DNA of 60,749 nucleotides from an uncultured Enterobacteriaceae bacterium (GTDB lineage Bacteria; Pseudomonadota; Gammaproteobacteria; Burkholderiales; SG8-39), in contig CAZVZV010000230.1 of assembly GCA_964631735.1 (NCBI GenBank), positions 1 to 60,749 of the forward strand. Direction: 5' to 3'. Below, one piece after another: positions 38,102-47,531 of this stretch (its first letter is position 1; each line of letters opens with the position of its first letter). Under the pieces are notes generated by a model. That model searched no databases and had not been told where the DNA came from. It saw only the letters and a program-made list of their open reading frames with translations. The translations under genes were made by a program, and so were the position numbers.

Positions 38102-39904
38102 TTAGTCGGAGTCCCTCTGCAGCACTGCGAGGAACGCCTCCTGCGGGATCTCCACCGAACCGACCTGCTTCATGCGTTTCTTGCCTGCCTTTTGCTTCTC
38201 GAGCAGCTTCCTCTTGCGCGATACGTCGCCGCCGTAGCACTTGGCCAGCACGTTCTTGCGCAATGCCTTGACGTTCTCGCGCGCGATGATGTTGGAGCCG
38301 ATCGCCGCCTGGATCGCCACATCGAACATCTGCCGCGGGATCAGCCCGCGCAGACGCGCCGCCAGCTCGCGCCCCCGGCGCTGTGCCCCCTCGCGGTGCA
38401 CCATGCTGGACAAGGCATCGACCCGCTCCCCGTTCACCAGCACGTCGAGCCGGATCACGTCGGCCGGCCGGTACTGCCTGAACTCGTAGTCCATCGAACC
38501 GAAGCCGCGCGTCAGCGACTTCAGCCGATCGAAGAAATCGAGCACCACTTCATTCAGCGGCAGGTCGTAGGACAACACCACATGCCTCGCCGAGTAGTGC
38601 AGATTGGTCTGCGTGCCGCGCTTCTCGGTGCACAGCGTCATCACCGGGCCCACGTACTCCTGCGGCACGAAGATCGTGGTGGCGATCATCGGCTCGCGGA
38701 TCTCCTCGATCTGCGACGGATCGGGCAATTTCGCCGGGTTGGAGATTTGCTCGACCGTGCCGTCGCGCAGCAGCACTTCGTACACCACCGATGGCGCGGT
38801 GGTGACCAGCTGCATGCCGTACTCGCGCTCCAGCCTCTCCTGCACGATGTCCATGTGCAGCAGGCCGAGGAAACCGCAGCGAAAGCCGAATCCCAGCGCC
38901 TGCGACACCTCGGGCTCGTAGTGGAAGGAAGCGTCGTTCAGGTGCAGCTTTTCCAGCGCTTCGCGCAAACCCTCGTACTGGTTCGACTCCACGGGGTACA
39001 GGCCGGCGAACACCTGCGGCTTGATTTCCTTGAATCCGGGCAGCGGCGCCGGCGCCGGCTTGTCCGAGCGCGTGATCGTGTCGCCGACCTTGGCCTCGCG
39101 CAGTTCCTTCACTCCGGCCACCACGAATCCCACCTCGCCGGCCACCAGTTCATCGCGCGTCTCCGACTTGGGCGTGAACACGCCGACCTGCTCGCACAGG
39201 TGGGCGGCGTCCGTGCTCATCAGCAGCACCTTGTCCCTGGGGCGCAACGTGCCCTGCATCATCCGCACCAGCATCACCACGCCGACGTAGTTGTCGAACC
39301 AGGAATCGATCACCAGTGCCTGCAGACGCGCGTCGGGGTCGCCTTTGGGCGGCGGGATCCGGGCGATTACCGCCTCGAGGATCTCCGGCACACCTTCCCC
39401 GGTCTTGGCGCTGGCGCGCAGCGCATCCTGCGCCCGGATGCCGATGACATCTTCGATTTCCTGGATCGCTTTGTCCGGGTCGGCCGAGGGCAGGTCGATC
39501 TTGTTCAAGATCGGCACCACCTCGACGCCCTGCTCGATCGCGGCATAGCAGTTGGCCACCGTCTGCGCCTCCACCCCCTGCGACGCATCGACCACCAGCA
39601 GGGCGCCCTCGCAGGCGGCAAGCGATCGGCTCACCTCATAGGAGAAATCGACATGCCCGGGCGTATCGATCAGGTTCAGCAGGTAGCGTTCGCCGTCGCG
39701 GGCCTGGTATAGCAGCGCCGCGGTCTGCGCCTTGATGGTGATGCCGCGCTCGCGCTCCAGGTCCATCGAGTCGAGCACCTGGTCGCCCATCTCGCGCTCG
39801 GACAGGCCGCCGCACAACTGGATGATGCGATCGGCGAGCGTCGACTTGCCATGGTCGATGTGGGCGATGATCGAGAAATTGCGGATGCGGCTCTGTGGCG
39901 TCAT
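38102..39904 (-). CDS. lepA: translation elongation factor 4
   Basis: [20 protein letters not shown]...DTPGHVDF...NKIDL...; full-length EF4. ATG 39904 chosen over the 39934 ORF start. Confidence 0.93.
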   Translation of the reverse strand: MTPQSRIRNFSIIAHIDHGKSTLADRIIQLCGGLSEREMGDQVLDSMDLERERGITIKAQTAALLYQARDGERYLLNLIDTPGHVDFSYEVSRSLAACEGALLVVDASQGVEAQTVANCYAAIEQGVEVVPILNKIDLPSADPDKAIQEIEDVIGIRAQDALRASAKTGEGVPEILEAVIARIPPPKGDPDARLQALVIDSWFDNYVGVVMLVRMMQGTLRPRDKVLLMSTDAAHLCEQVGVFTPKSETRDELVAGEVGFVVAGVKELREAKVGDTITRSDKPAPAPLPGFKEIKPQVFAGLYPVESNQYEGLREALEKLHLNDASFHYEPEVSQALGFGFRCGFLGLLHMDIVQERLEREYGMQLVTTAPSVVYEVLLRDGTVEQISNPAKLPDPSQIEEIREPMIATTIFVPQEYVGPVMTLCTEKRGTQTNLHYSARHVVLSYDLPLNEVVLDFFDRLKSLTRGFGSMDYEFRQYRPADVIRLDVLVNGERVDALSSMVHREGAQRRGRELAARLRGLIPRQMFDVAIQAAIGSNIIARENVKALRKNVLAKCYGGDVSRKRKLLEKQKAGKKRMKQVGSVEIPQEAFLAVLQRDSD

Positions 39905-39913
39905 GGGAGGCAC

Positions 39914-39938
39914 AAAAAAGGGTGCCCTGGGCACCCTT
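39914..39938 (-). terminator. intrinsic terminator upstream of lepA / downstream of the glutaredoxin-like ORF
   Basis: Minus strand reads AAGGGTGCC-CAG-GGCACCCTT followed by TTTTTT. Confidence 0.7.
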
Positions 39939-39952
39939 CTTTGCTGCGGGCG

Positions 39953-40174
39953 CTATCTTACCGCAAGCCGCGCCCGCAGGGCCGCTTCGTCCAGGTGGGT
40001 GTGACAGATCTCAGTACCCGCCGCGTCCGTGAGGACCGGCACCAGCGCGCCGTAGCGGGCAGCGAGGGCCGCATCGGCGTCGACGTCCAGTTCCTCGAAT
40101 TCCACGCCGCGCGTGCGCAGTGCTCGTGCCATCTCCTCGCACAGGTGGCACGCGCTGCGCCCGTACAGCCGCAG
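39953..40174 (-). CDS. glutaredoxin-family small protein (no canonical start codon)
   Basis: Read by hand: (AVAPA)LRLYGRSACHLCEEMARAL...DVDADAALAARYGALVPVLTD...LDEAALRARL*. It has a CxxC thioredoxin-fold pattern. Absent from the ORF track because no ATG/GTG/TTG precedes the CxxC. CTG 40174 is assumed. Confidence 0.55.
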   Translation of the reverse strand: MRLYGRSACHLCEEMARALRTRGVEFEELDVDADAALAARYGALVPVLTDAAGTEICHTHLDEAALRARLAVR

Positions 40175-40189
40175 TGCGGGAGCGACGGC

Positions 40190-41611
40190 CTAACCCTTGT
40201 CCGCCAGGCCGGTGACCGTGACGAAGGCGGTATTCTCGCCCCGGCGCACCTGCAGCGTGATCACCGCCGTCTTGTCCAGGCTGGCGAGCATCTTGTTGAA
40301 TTGCTCGGATGTCTTCAGCTCGGTGTGCTGGCCATTGTGGACCACCTTCAGGATCACGTCGCCCCGGCGCACCTCGGCCTTCGCGTCGGGCCGCACCTCC
40401 ACAACCACCAGGCCCTGTCCCAGCCGCATGTCCTTCTTCTGCTCGGCGCTGAGCTCGCTCACCACGATGCCCAGGCGGTTGGCTGCGAGTTCCGCCGGCT
40501 TGCGCTCTCGCTGCGGATCGCGCGCCGCCACCCGCTCCTCCGGCAATTCACCCACGGTCAGCGTCAGCGTGCGCGCTGCGCCCTTGCGCCAGACCTCGAC
40601 CTGGGCGCTGACCCCCGGTCGAGTGCCGCCGACGATGCGCGGCAGATCGCCGGAGGAGTCCACGCTCTTGCCGTCGAAGCGCACGATGATGTCGGTGGCC
40701 TCGATACCCGCCTTGTCCGCCGGGCTGCCTTTTTCCACCGAGTTCACCAGAGCCCCGCGCGGCCGGTCAAGACCGAAAGACTGCGCGAGATCCTTGGTGA
40801 CCTCCTGGATCACGACGCCGATGCGCCCGCGCGAGACGCGGCCCTTGTCACGCAGCTGCTTCTGGATATCGAGCGCCACGTCGATGGGAATCGCGAACGA
40901 CAAGCCCATGAAGCCGCCGGTGCGGCTGTAGATCTGCGAATTGACTCCGACCACCTCGCCGCGCATATTGAACAGCGGACCGCCGGAATTGCCCGGATTG
41001 ATCGCCACGTCGGTCTGGATGAAGGGAACGAAATTCTCCTGCGGCAGCGAGCGGCCCTTGGCACTGACAATGCCGGCGGTCACCGTGCTCTCGAAACCGA
41101 ACGGCGAGCCGATCGCCACCACCCATTCGCCCACTTTGAGCTTGACCGGATCGCCCATGCGCACCGCCGGCAGGCCGCTGGCTTCGATCTTGATCAGCGC
41201 CACGTCGGTGCGCTTGTCGGCGCCGATCACCTTGGCCTTGAACTCGCGCTTGTCGGTGAGCTTGACGGTGATTTCGTCCGCGGAATCGACGACGTGCGCA
41301 TTGGTCAGGATGTAGCCGTCCGCGCTGATGATGAAGCCGGAGCCGAGGGAGCGGCTCTCCGGCCGCCCGCCGGGTCCGGGGGGCTGGCGCGGCACGAAGC
41401 GCCGGAAAAACTCGAGCACTTCGTCGTCTTCCGTATTCGGCATCTGCGGCGCCGCGGCGCGCCGCGCCGCCTGCGTGGTGCTGATGTTGACCACCGCAGC
41501 GCCCTGCTCTTCGACCAGGCGTGTGAAATCGGGCAACTCCCGGCCTTGCGCCAGCGCGAACGCGGCGCTCAGGGTGAGGAGCATGGCAAGGACGGTTCTG
41601 ATCAATTGCAT
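40190..41611 (-). CDS. DegP/DegQ/MucD-family periplasmic serine endoprotease
   Basis: Signal peptide, then TNAHVV...D(V)ALIK...GNSGGPL catalytic triad contexts, and two PDZ domains. Confidence 0.9.
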   Translation of the reverse strand: MQLIRTVLAMLLTLSAAFALAQGRELPDFTRLVEEQGAAVVNISTTQAARRAAAPQMPNTEDDEVLEFFRRFVPRQPPGPGGRPESRSLGSGFIISADGYILTNAHVVDSADEITVKLTDKREFKAKVIGADKRTDVALIKIEASGLPAVRMGDPVKLKVGEWVVAIGSPFGFESTVTAGIVSAKGRSLPQENFVPFIQTDVAINPGNSGGPLFNMRGEVVGVNSQIYSRTGGFMGLSFAIPIDVALDIQKQLRDKGRVSRGRIGVVIQEVTKDLAQSFGLDRPRGALVNSVEKGSPADKAGIEATDIIVRFDGKSVDSSGDLPRIVGGTRPGVSAQVEVWRKGAARTLTLTVGELPEERVAARDPQRERKPAELAANRLGIVVSELSAEQKKDMRLGQGLVVVEVRPDAKAEVRRGDVILKVVHNGQHTELKTSEQFNKMLASLDKTAVITLQVRRGENTAFVTVTGLADKG

Positions 41612-41666
41612 GGGAATTCCTTTTGTTGAAGTGATGGCGCCGCGGAGCGAACCGCGGCGGGGATGA

Positions 41667-42626
41667 TTACTGCGGGCGACGGAACTCCACCTGGTTGCCG
41701 ATGCGCTGCACGCTGGCCGCCGGAGCTTCGCCTACCACTGTCACGAGATGGTCTGCCACCTCGCGCGTATAGACGTTCACCGCGCCCATGGTGGCGAGCC
41801 CGATGCGCGCTGGCTCGCTGCGCCCGGCGATTGGTTCGATGAAAACAGATACCGCCGCCAGGCCGTCCGAATACACCACCTGGCCGACCGGCCGGGCGTC
41901 GCGCAGCATCCTGCGGATCTCGGCCACCTTGTGAAACCCGGGCAGGTCCGCTACCACGATCCAGCCTGCTTGCGCGAAATTGGCCGGGGCGACTGCCGAC
42001 TGCTCCACGCGCCAGTTACGCGTGGCCTGCGGCGGCCGCAGGCGCTCGCGCGGCACATTGCCGATCTCGAGTTGGGTGAAAGTGAATTGTTCCACGGTCT
42101 CGCCCGCGTGGTTGAAAGCGCGCGCCTTGAGCAGCATGCCGGATTGCGCGTCGGCCCACAGCTGGTAGCCGTAGCGCAGTTCATCCCTGGGCGCGAGCAC
42201 GATCGTGCGGCACTCGAAACCGGCGATGCGGGCAGACTCGCCGACGCTGATCGTGTAGTTCTCCGTCAGTCCGGCGACCTGGGCCGGCAGCAGCGCCGGA
42301 AAGCCGCGCTGATCGCGCCGCCGGTCCACTTTGACCGTCTGGCTGTCGGGTAGATAACAGCGGATCTCGTCGCGCGTGCGCACCACCTCCCTGGGCAGGC
42401 CATCAAGCACCTCCAGCCTCTCGACGCCGCCGGAGGCATCGGCGCGGCGCGTGATGCGCGAAGTCTCGCTGCGCTCGCCTTGCTGGTAGACAAAGGTGCC
42501 GGTGTAAGACAGCTTCTCGGTGGCCTGATAGATCTTGCGCAGCCATTCCAGCGCCTCCGGCGCGGCCTGGGCCTGGGCCAGGCCGGCAGCCGCCCACAAC
42601 AGCAAGGCACCCGCTGCGCGGCTCAC
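41667..42626 (-). CDS. rseB: sigma-E regulatory protein RseB/MucB
   Basis: Signal peptide, then ...LEWLRKIYQATEKLSYTGTFVYQQGERSE... Positioned between rseA and degP. Confidence 0.85.
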   Translation of the reverse strand: MSRAAGALLLWAAAGLAQAQAAPEALEWLRKIYQATEKLSYTGTFVYQQGERSETSRITRRADASGGVERLEVLDGLPREVVRTRDEIRCYLPDSQTVKVDRRRDQRGFPALLPAQVAGLTENYTISVGESARIAGFECRTIVLAPRDELRYGYQLWADAQSGMLLKARAFNHAGETVEQFTFTQLEIGNVPRERLRPPQATRNWRVEQSAVAPANFAQAGWIVVADLPGFHKVAEIRRMLRDARPVGQVVYSDGLAAVSVFIEPIAGRSEPARIGLATMGAVNVYTREVADHLVTVVGEAPAASVQRIGNQVEFRRPQ

Positions 42627-43150
42627 GGCTTTCTCGCCACGGCCTGGTCGGAGACTGAGCGCACGTAGGGCGCCATCCCCTGCAGGGAATTTCGCGGCGA
42701 AAACGCCTGGTGCGCGATCAGGTAATCCTGCGCGGCGCTGGTGAGCGGCAGCCGCGCCGGCTCCTTGGCGCGTTCAGCCTGGGCGATAGGCGCCGGTGCA
42801 GGTCCGGCGCCCTGTTGCGGCGCCAGCGCCACCCAGCCGACCATGGCGACCATGGCGACCGCCGCGAGGCTTGCCGCAAGCGCGGAGGGCATGAACCAGC
42901 GTGACCGATCGGGTGGCCGCACGCTGGAGGGCAGCGGTCCGACCAGCGCCGGCTCCTGCGCCAGGCGCTGCGCCACACGCGCTGCGCAGTCGGCCGACAG
43001 CAACGCGCCGCCACGCAGCGTGTCGCTGATCAGGTGATAGGTGCGCCAGGTCTCGCGTGCCTCGCTATCGGTGCCCAGCGCGGACAGCGGCTCGTGCAGC
43101 TCGCGCGCCTCGAGCTCGCCATCCATCAGTGCCGATATCGCCGACTTCAT
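42623..43150 (-). CDS. rseA: anti-sigma-E factor RseA/MucA
   Basis: MKSAISALMDGELEARELH...WRTYHLISDTLRG..., with a central TM segment. Confidence 0.85.
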   Translation of the reverse strand: MKSAISALMDGELEARELHEPLSALGTDSEARETWRTYHLISDTLRGGALLSADCAARVAQRLAQEPALVGPLPSSVRPPDRSRWFMPSALAASLAAVAMVAMVGWVALAPQQGAGPAPAPIAQAERAKEPARLPLTSAAQDYLIAHQAFSPRNSLQGMAPYVRSVSDQAVARKP

Positions 43151-43154
43151 CGTG

Positions 43155-43754
43155 CTACCACCTCTGGTCCTTGGGCGTGTCGAGCAGCGGCCGCAGCCGC
43201 AGCGCGATCGCCTCGCGCGCCCTGAAAATGCGCGAGCGCACGGTGCCGATCGGGCAGTCCATCACGCGCGCGATATCCTCGTAACTCATGCCTTCGATCT
43301 CGCGCAACTGTATCGCCGTGCGCAATTCCTCCGGCAACTCCTCGATCGTCGCGTTCACTGTTTCGGCGATCTCCTTCGACAGCAACATGCTCTCCGGCGT
43401 GTTGATGTCGCGCAACTGCTCCCCATCCTCGAATCCCTCCGCGTCCTCCGCCACCACTTCGGTGGAGGTTGGTGCCCGCCGCCCCAGCGTCATCAGGTAA
43501 TTCTTGGCGGTGTTGATTCCGATGCGGTACAGCCACGTATAGAACGCGCTGTCGCCGCGAAACCCCGGCAGTGCCCGGTACGCCTTGATGAACGCTTCCT
43601 GCGTCACATCCTCCACCTCTGCCGGGTCGCGGATGAATCTCGTCAGCAGACGCCCCAGCTTGCGCTGGTACTTCTCCACCAGCAACTCGAAAGCGCGCTT
43701 GTCGCCGCGTTGCGCACGCTCCACCAGCTGCTGGTCGATGTCGCGCTCAGACAT
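43155..43754 (-). CDS. rpoE: RNA polymerase sigma-E (ECF) factor
   Basis: MSERDIDQQLVERAQRGDKRAFELLVEKYQRKL...DVTQEAFIKAY...FYTWLYRIGINTAKN...EIEGMSYEDIARVMDCPIGTVRSRIFRAREA. Confidence 0.93.
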   Translation of the reverse strand: MSERDIDQQLVERAQRGDKRAFELLVEKYQRKLGRLLTRFIRDPAEVEDVTQEAFIKAYRALPGFRGDSAFYTWLYRIGINTAKNYLMTLGRRAPTSTEVVAEDAEGFEDGEQLRDINTPESMLLSKEIAETVNATIEELPEELRTAIQLREIEGMSYEDIARVMDCPIGTVRSRIFRAREAIALRLRPLLDTPKDQRW

Positions 43755-43813
43755 CGCCGCCACCCAACCCCGCCCGGATTGCGCGGTCGACCCGGCTGCA
43801 ACGCCTATGTGCC

Positions 43814-43840
43814 ACAGACACTGACCTTTTGAAATAGTTC
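43814..43840 (-). promoter_or_regulatory. sigma-E/AlgU-type promoter upstream of rpoE
   Basis: Minus strand reads GAACTA-N16-TCTGT, against the consensus GAACTT-N16/17-TCTGA. The -10 element lies 60 nt upstream of the rpoE ATG. Confidence 0.6.
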
Positions 43841-43862
43841 GACGGCCCGGGCCGCCGGATGC

Positions 43863-44297
43863 TCAGGCGGGGAGTTGCGCTGCCGCCACGCCGGGCACCC
43901 ATCCCCATAGCGCCCAGATTCTCAACCGCCTGAAATCGTCCTCGGCGAGCATGTCCCGGGCCACCAGCAGGGTACGCCCCGCGGGCCCGACCAGGGGCAA
44001 AGTCACCCACCATGCATTGACGTTGCGCCGCGCGGCGACGATGCCCTCCAGCCGGCTGCCGTCCGCCAGCCCAAGCACCGCCACGCCGGCCGCATGAAGC
44101 TCGACATAGTGCACGGAACGTGCCGTGCGCAGCAGTGCACGGTCCCAGGCTGCCGCCGCGCCCAGGGCCGCGACCAGCGTTGCCAGCACCCCGCCCCAAG
44201 CCCCAGGCAGCACGACTGCAATGCAGGCAGCCGCCAACGCATGCAGCAGCAGCAGCGTGCCGGCCAGTGCCGGCGAGGCCTTCAACTCCAGGCGCAT
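43863..44297 (-). CDS. YgfX/CptA-family inner-membrane protein
   Basis: 144 aa, MRLELKASPALAGTLLLLHALAAACIAVVLPG...LLVARDMLAEDDFRRLRIWAL. It parallels E. coli YgfX (two N-terminal TM helices and a C-terminal L.LAADSM.E.EWR.LRR motif). Confidence 0.55.
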   Translation of the reverse strand: MRLELKASPALAGTLLLLHALAAACIAVVLPGAWGGVLATLVAALGAAAAWDRALLRTARSVHYVELHAAGVAVLGLADGSRLEGIVAARRNVNAWWVTLPLVGPAGRTLLVARDMLAEDDFRRLRIWALWGWVPGVAAAQLPA

Positions 44298-44311
44298 GAG
44301 CGGATGGCCGT

Positions 44312-45544
44312 TCAAATGCGGGCGAACACCAGCGACCCGTTGGTGCCCCCGAAGCCGAAGTTGTTCTTGACGGCGTAGTCGATCCTGAGGTCCCGCGCCG
44401 CATTGGCGCAGTAGTCCAGATCGCATTCCGGGTCCTGGTTGAAGATGTTGATGGTCGGCGGGGACACCTGGTGGTGCACCGCCAACGCGGTGAATACCGA
44501 CTCGATGCCCCCGGCGCCGCCCAGCAGGTGCCCGGTCATCGATTTGGTGGAATTCACCACCAGCTTCGCCGCGTGGGCGCCAAAGGCCAGCTTGATGGCT
44601 TCGGTCTCGTTCCTGTCCCCCAATGGCGTGGAGGTGCCGTGGGCGTTCAGGTATTGCACCTTGTCGGGGGCCAGGCGCGCGTTCGCAAGCGCTGTCGTCA
44701 TGGAACGCCGCGGCCCTTCGAGATCCGGTGCGGTCATGTGGAAGGCGTCAGCGCTCATGCCAAAGCCGACCAGCTCGCAATAGATTTTCGCGCCGCGCGC
44801 CTTCGCCTGTTCGAATTCCTCCAGCACCAGCACGCCGCTGCCCTCTCCCAGCACGAAACCGTCCCGGTCCTTGTCCCAGGGTCGGCTGGCGGTCGCAGGA
44901 TCGTCGTTGCGCGTGGACAGGGCTCGCGCGGCGGCGAAGCCACCGACACCCAGCGGCGAGATAGCTGCTTCTGCACCCCCGGCCAACATCACGTCCGCGT
45001 CGCCATACTCGATCATGCGTGCCGACAGCCCGATTGCGTGCAGTCCGGTGGTGCAGGCGGTGACCACGGCTAGGTTCGGGCCCTTCATGCCGTAGAGGAT
45101 CGACAGGTGCCCGGAAATCATGTTGATGATCGAGGCAGGAATGAAGAACGGCGAGATACGGCGCGGGCCGCGCTGCACCAACTCGCCGTGCGTCTCCTCG
45201 ATGCGCGGCAAGCCGCCGATGCCCGAGCCGATATTGACGCCAACGCGCTCGGCGTTCGCGTCCGTCACCTGCAGGCCGCAGTCCTTCCACGCCTGGATCC
45301 CCGCCGCGAGTCCGTAGTGGATGAAGGTATCCATGTGCCGCGCTTCCTTGGCGGGCAGGTAGGCGCCAGCGTCGAAGCCTTTCACCTCGCCCGCGATGCG
45401 GCAGGCGAATGCCGCCGCGTCGAAGCGCGTGATCGGCCCGATGCCGGGTTTCCCCGCTACCAGGTTGCTCCAGGCTTCCTCTACCGTATTGCCAACCGGG
45501 CAAACGATGCCCAGGCCGGTGACGGCGACTCTGCGACGCGGCAC
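44312..45544 (-). CDS. fabF: 3-oxoacyl-ACP synthase II
   Basis: (M)PRRRVAVTGLGIVCPVGNTVEEAW...ACTTG...HGTSTP...GHLLGGAG. GTG start lies directly after the acpP stop. Confidence 0.93.
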   Translation of the reverse strand: MPRRRVAVTGLGIVCPVGNTVEEAWSNLVAGKPGIGPITRFDAAAFACRIAGEVKGFDAGAYLPAKEARHMDTFIHYGLAAGIQAWKDCGLQVTDANAERVGVNIGSGIGGLPRIEETHGELVQRGPRRISPFFIPASIINMISGHLSILYGMKGPNLAVVTACTTGLHAIGLSARMIEYGDADVMLAGGAEAAISPLGVGGFAAARALSTRNDDPATASRPWDKDRDGFVLGEGSGVLVLEEFEQAKARGAKIYCELVGFGMSADAFHMTAPDLEGPRRSMTTALANARLAPDKVQYLNAHGTSTPLGDRNETEAIKLAFGAHAAKLVVNSTKSMTGHLLGGAGGIESVFTALAVHHQVSPPTINIFNQDPECDLDYCANAARDLRIDYAVKNNFGFGGTNGSLVFARI

Positions 45545-45784
45545 TTAGGGCTTCGAATGCGCCTTGACGAAATCGATGGCCTGCTGGACGGTGGTGATCT
45601 TCTCCGCCTCTTCGTCCGGGATCTCGGTCTCGAACTCCTCCTCCAGGGCCATCACCAGTTCGACGGTGTCGAGCGAATCGGCGCCCAGATCGTCGACGAA
45701 GGAGGACTCGCTCTTGATCTCCGCCTCGTTCACTCCGAGCTGTTCGGCGACGATCTTCTTCACGCGTTGTTCGACGTTTTCCAT
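45545..45784 (-). CDS. acpP: acyl carrier protein
   Basis: [18 protein letters not shown]...[23 protein letters not shown] contains the phosphopantetheine Ser in DSLD. Confidence 0.95.
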   Translation of the reverse strand: MENVEQRVKKIVAEQLGVNEAEIKSESSFVDDLGADSLDTVELVMALEEEFETEIPDEEAEKITTVQQAIDFVKAHSKP

Positions 45785-45848
45785 TTTTGCTCCTTCCCTG
45801 TAGGGGCCAAGCGGCGGCCCGGATTTTACCAAATCGCGGCGCGATTCC

Positions 45849-46592
45849 TCACGCCATGTACATTCCGCCGTTCACGTGCATTACGCAACCCGTGACATAG
45901 GCGGCCGCAGGCGAGGCCAGGTAGGCCACTGCAGCGGCGATCTCCTCCGGCGCGCCGAGCCGTCCCAGCGGAATCTGGCCCAGCAGCGCGCTGCGCTGCG
46001 CTTCGGGCAGCGCGCGCGTCATGTCGGTGTCGATGAATCCCGGCGCAACGCAGTTGACGGTGATGCTGCGGCTGCCCAATTCGCGCGCCAGCGACTTGCT
46101 CATGCCCACCACGCCCGCCTTGGCGGCCGCGTAGTTCGCCTGTCCCGCATTGCCTGCGGCGCCGACCACCGAGGTGATGTTGATGATGCGTCCCCAGCGC
46201 GCCTTCATCATGCCACGCATTACCGCGCGCGACAGGCGGAAGACGGCCTTCAGGTTGGTGTCGATGACCTCGTCCCAATCCGCGTCCTTCATGCGCAGCG
46301 CGAGGTTGTCGCGCGTGATGCCCGCATTGTTGACCAGCACCGCGATGTCCCCGTGCGCCTTCTGCACGTCCTCGATCAGCGCGTCACAGCCCGCCTCATC
46401 GCGCACATTCAGCACCATGCCCGCGCCCTTGATCTGTGCCTGCGAGAGCGCTTTGCCGATCTCCGCCGCGCCAGCTGCAGTAGTTGCCGTGCCGACCACG
46501 GTTGCCCCCTGGCGCCCGAGCTCGAGCGCAATCGCGCGGCCGATGCCTCGGGTGGCGCCGGTGACCAGGGCGAGTTTGCCTTGCAGTGTCAT
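45849..46592 (-). CDS. fabG: 3-oxoacyl-ACP reductase
   Basis: [22 protein letters not shown]...NNAGI...YAAAKAG... The longer ORF to 47096 was rejected. Confidence 0.93.
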   Translation of the reverse strand: MTLQGKLALVTGATRGIGRAIALELGRQGATVVGTATTAAGAAEIGKALSQAQIKGAGMVLNVRDEAGCDALIEDVQKAHGDIAVLVNNAGITRDNLALRMKDADWDEVIDTNLKAVFRLSRAVMRGMMKARWGRIINITSVVGAAGNAGQANYAAAKAGVVGMSKSLARELGSRSITVNCVAPGFIDTDMTRALPEAQRSALLGQIPLGRLGAPEEIAAAVAYLASPAAAYVTGCVMHVNGGMYMA

Positions 46593-47527
46593 GCGGCCGC
46601 CTTCAGCGCAGCCAACGTCGCCTCCAGCGACGCCCTGTCGGCCAGCGCGTGGCTGTGCAATTCGCCATCGATGCGCTTGGCCATCCCGGCCAGCACCTTG
46701 CCTGGGCCGCACTCGAGGACATGCGTCACGCCCATCTGCTTCATGCTGCGGACCGTATCCACCCAGCGCACGGGCGATGCAGCCTGGCGCACCAGCGCAT
46801 CCCTGATTTCTGCGGGCTGCGTGCGCACCGCGACGTCCACGTTGTTGACCAGGTCGATTTGCGGCTCGAGCACCGCCATGCGCTCCAGATAGCCGCGCAG
46901 TTTCTCGGCCGCCGGCCGCATCAGGCTGGAGTGAAACGGTGCGCTCACCGGCAGCGGCAGCGCCCGTTTGGCGCCGCGCGCCTTGCACGATTCCATCGCC
47001 CTTTCCACCGCAGCCTTGTGGCCGGCAATGACGACCTGTCCGGGCGCATTGAAGTTCACCGCCTGCACCACCTCGCCCTGCGCCGCCTCTGCGCATGCGG
47101 CGCGCACCTGCTCATCGTCGAGATTGAGGATCGCCGCCATCGCGCCCACGCCCTCCGGTACCGCCTCCTGCATCGACTGCGCACGGAACCTGACCAACGG
47201 CAGGCAATCGCGGAACGCGATCGACCCGGCGGCGACCAGCGCGGTGTATTCACCGAGGCTGTGCCCCGCCACCACTGAGGGCGCCGGCCCGCCGAGCGCG
47301 CGCCAGGCGCGGTAGGCCACGCATCCGGCGGTGACCATCGCAGGTTGCGTGTTGACCGTGAGATTGAGCGCCGCGCCGGGCCCTTGGTCGAGCAAACTGA
47401 CGAAATCGCTGCCGAGAGCCTCGCGTGCTTCCTGCCGCACTTCCTCCACGCCAGGCAGCCCGGCATAGGCCAGCAGCATGCCGACCGACTGCGACCCCTG
47501 ACCCGGAAAAACCATCGCCAGTTTCAT
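46589..47527 (-). CDS. fabD: malonyl-CoA:ACP transacylase
   Basis: MKLAMVFPGQGSQSVGM...GHSLGEYTALV... Confidence 0.93.
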   Translation of the reverse strand: MKLAMVFPGQGSQSVGMLLAYAGLPGVEEVRQEAREALGSDFVSLLDQGPGAALNLTVNTQPAMVTAGCVAYRAWRALGGPAPSVVAGHSLGEYTALVAAGSIAFRDCLPLVRFRAQSMQEAVPEGVGAMAAILNLDDEQVRAACAEAAQGEVVQAVNFNAPGQVVIAGHKAAVERAMESCKARGAKRALPLPVSAPFHSSLMRPAAEKLRGYLERMAVLEPQIDLVNNVDVAVRTQPAEIRDALVRQAASPVRWVDTVRSMKQMGVTHVLECGPGKVLAGMAKRIDGELHSHALADRASLEATLAALKAAA

Positions 47528-47531
47528 CGCC

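Noticed and set aside
37451-39712. 753-aa ORF antisense to lepB and lepA
   Set aside because: The lepA and lepB translations are unmistakable. The antisense product is His/Arg/Leu/Gln-rich with no motifs. GC artefact.
41640-41657. CCGCGG-AGCGAA-CCGCGG hairpin between rseB and the degP-family gene
   Set aside because: The stem is short and no T-tract follows on the coding (minus) strand. It is unlikely to be a terminator and has no other assignable role.
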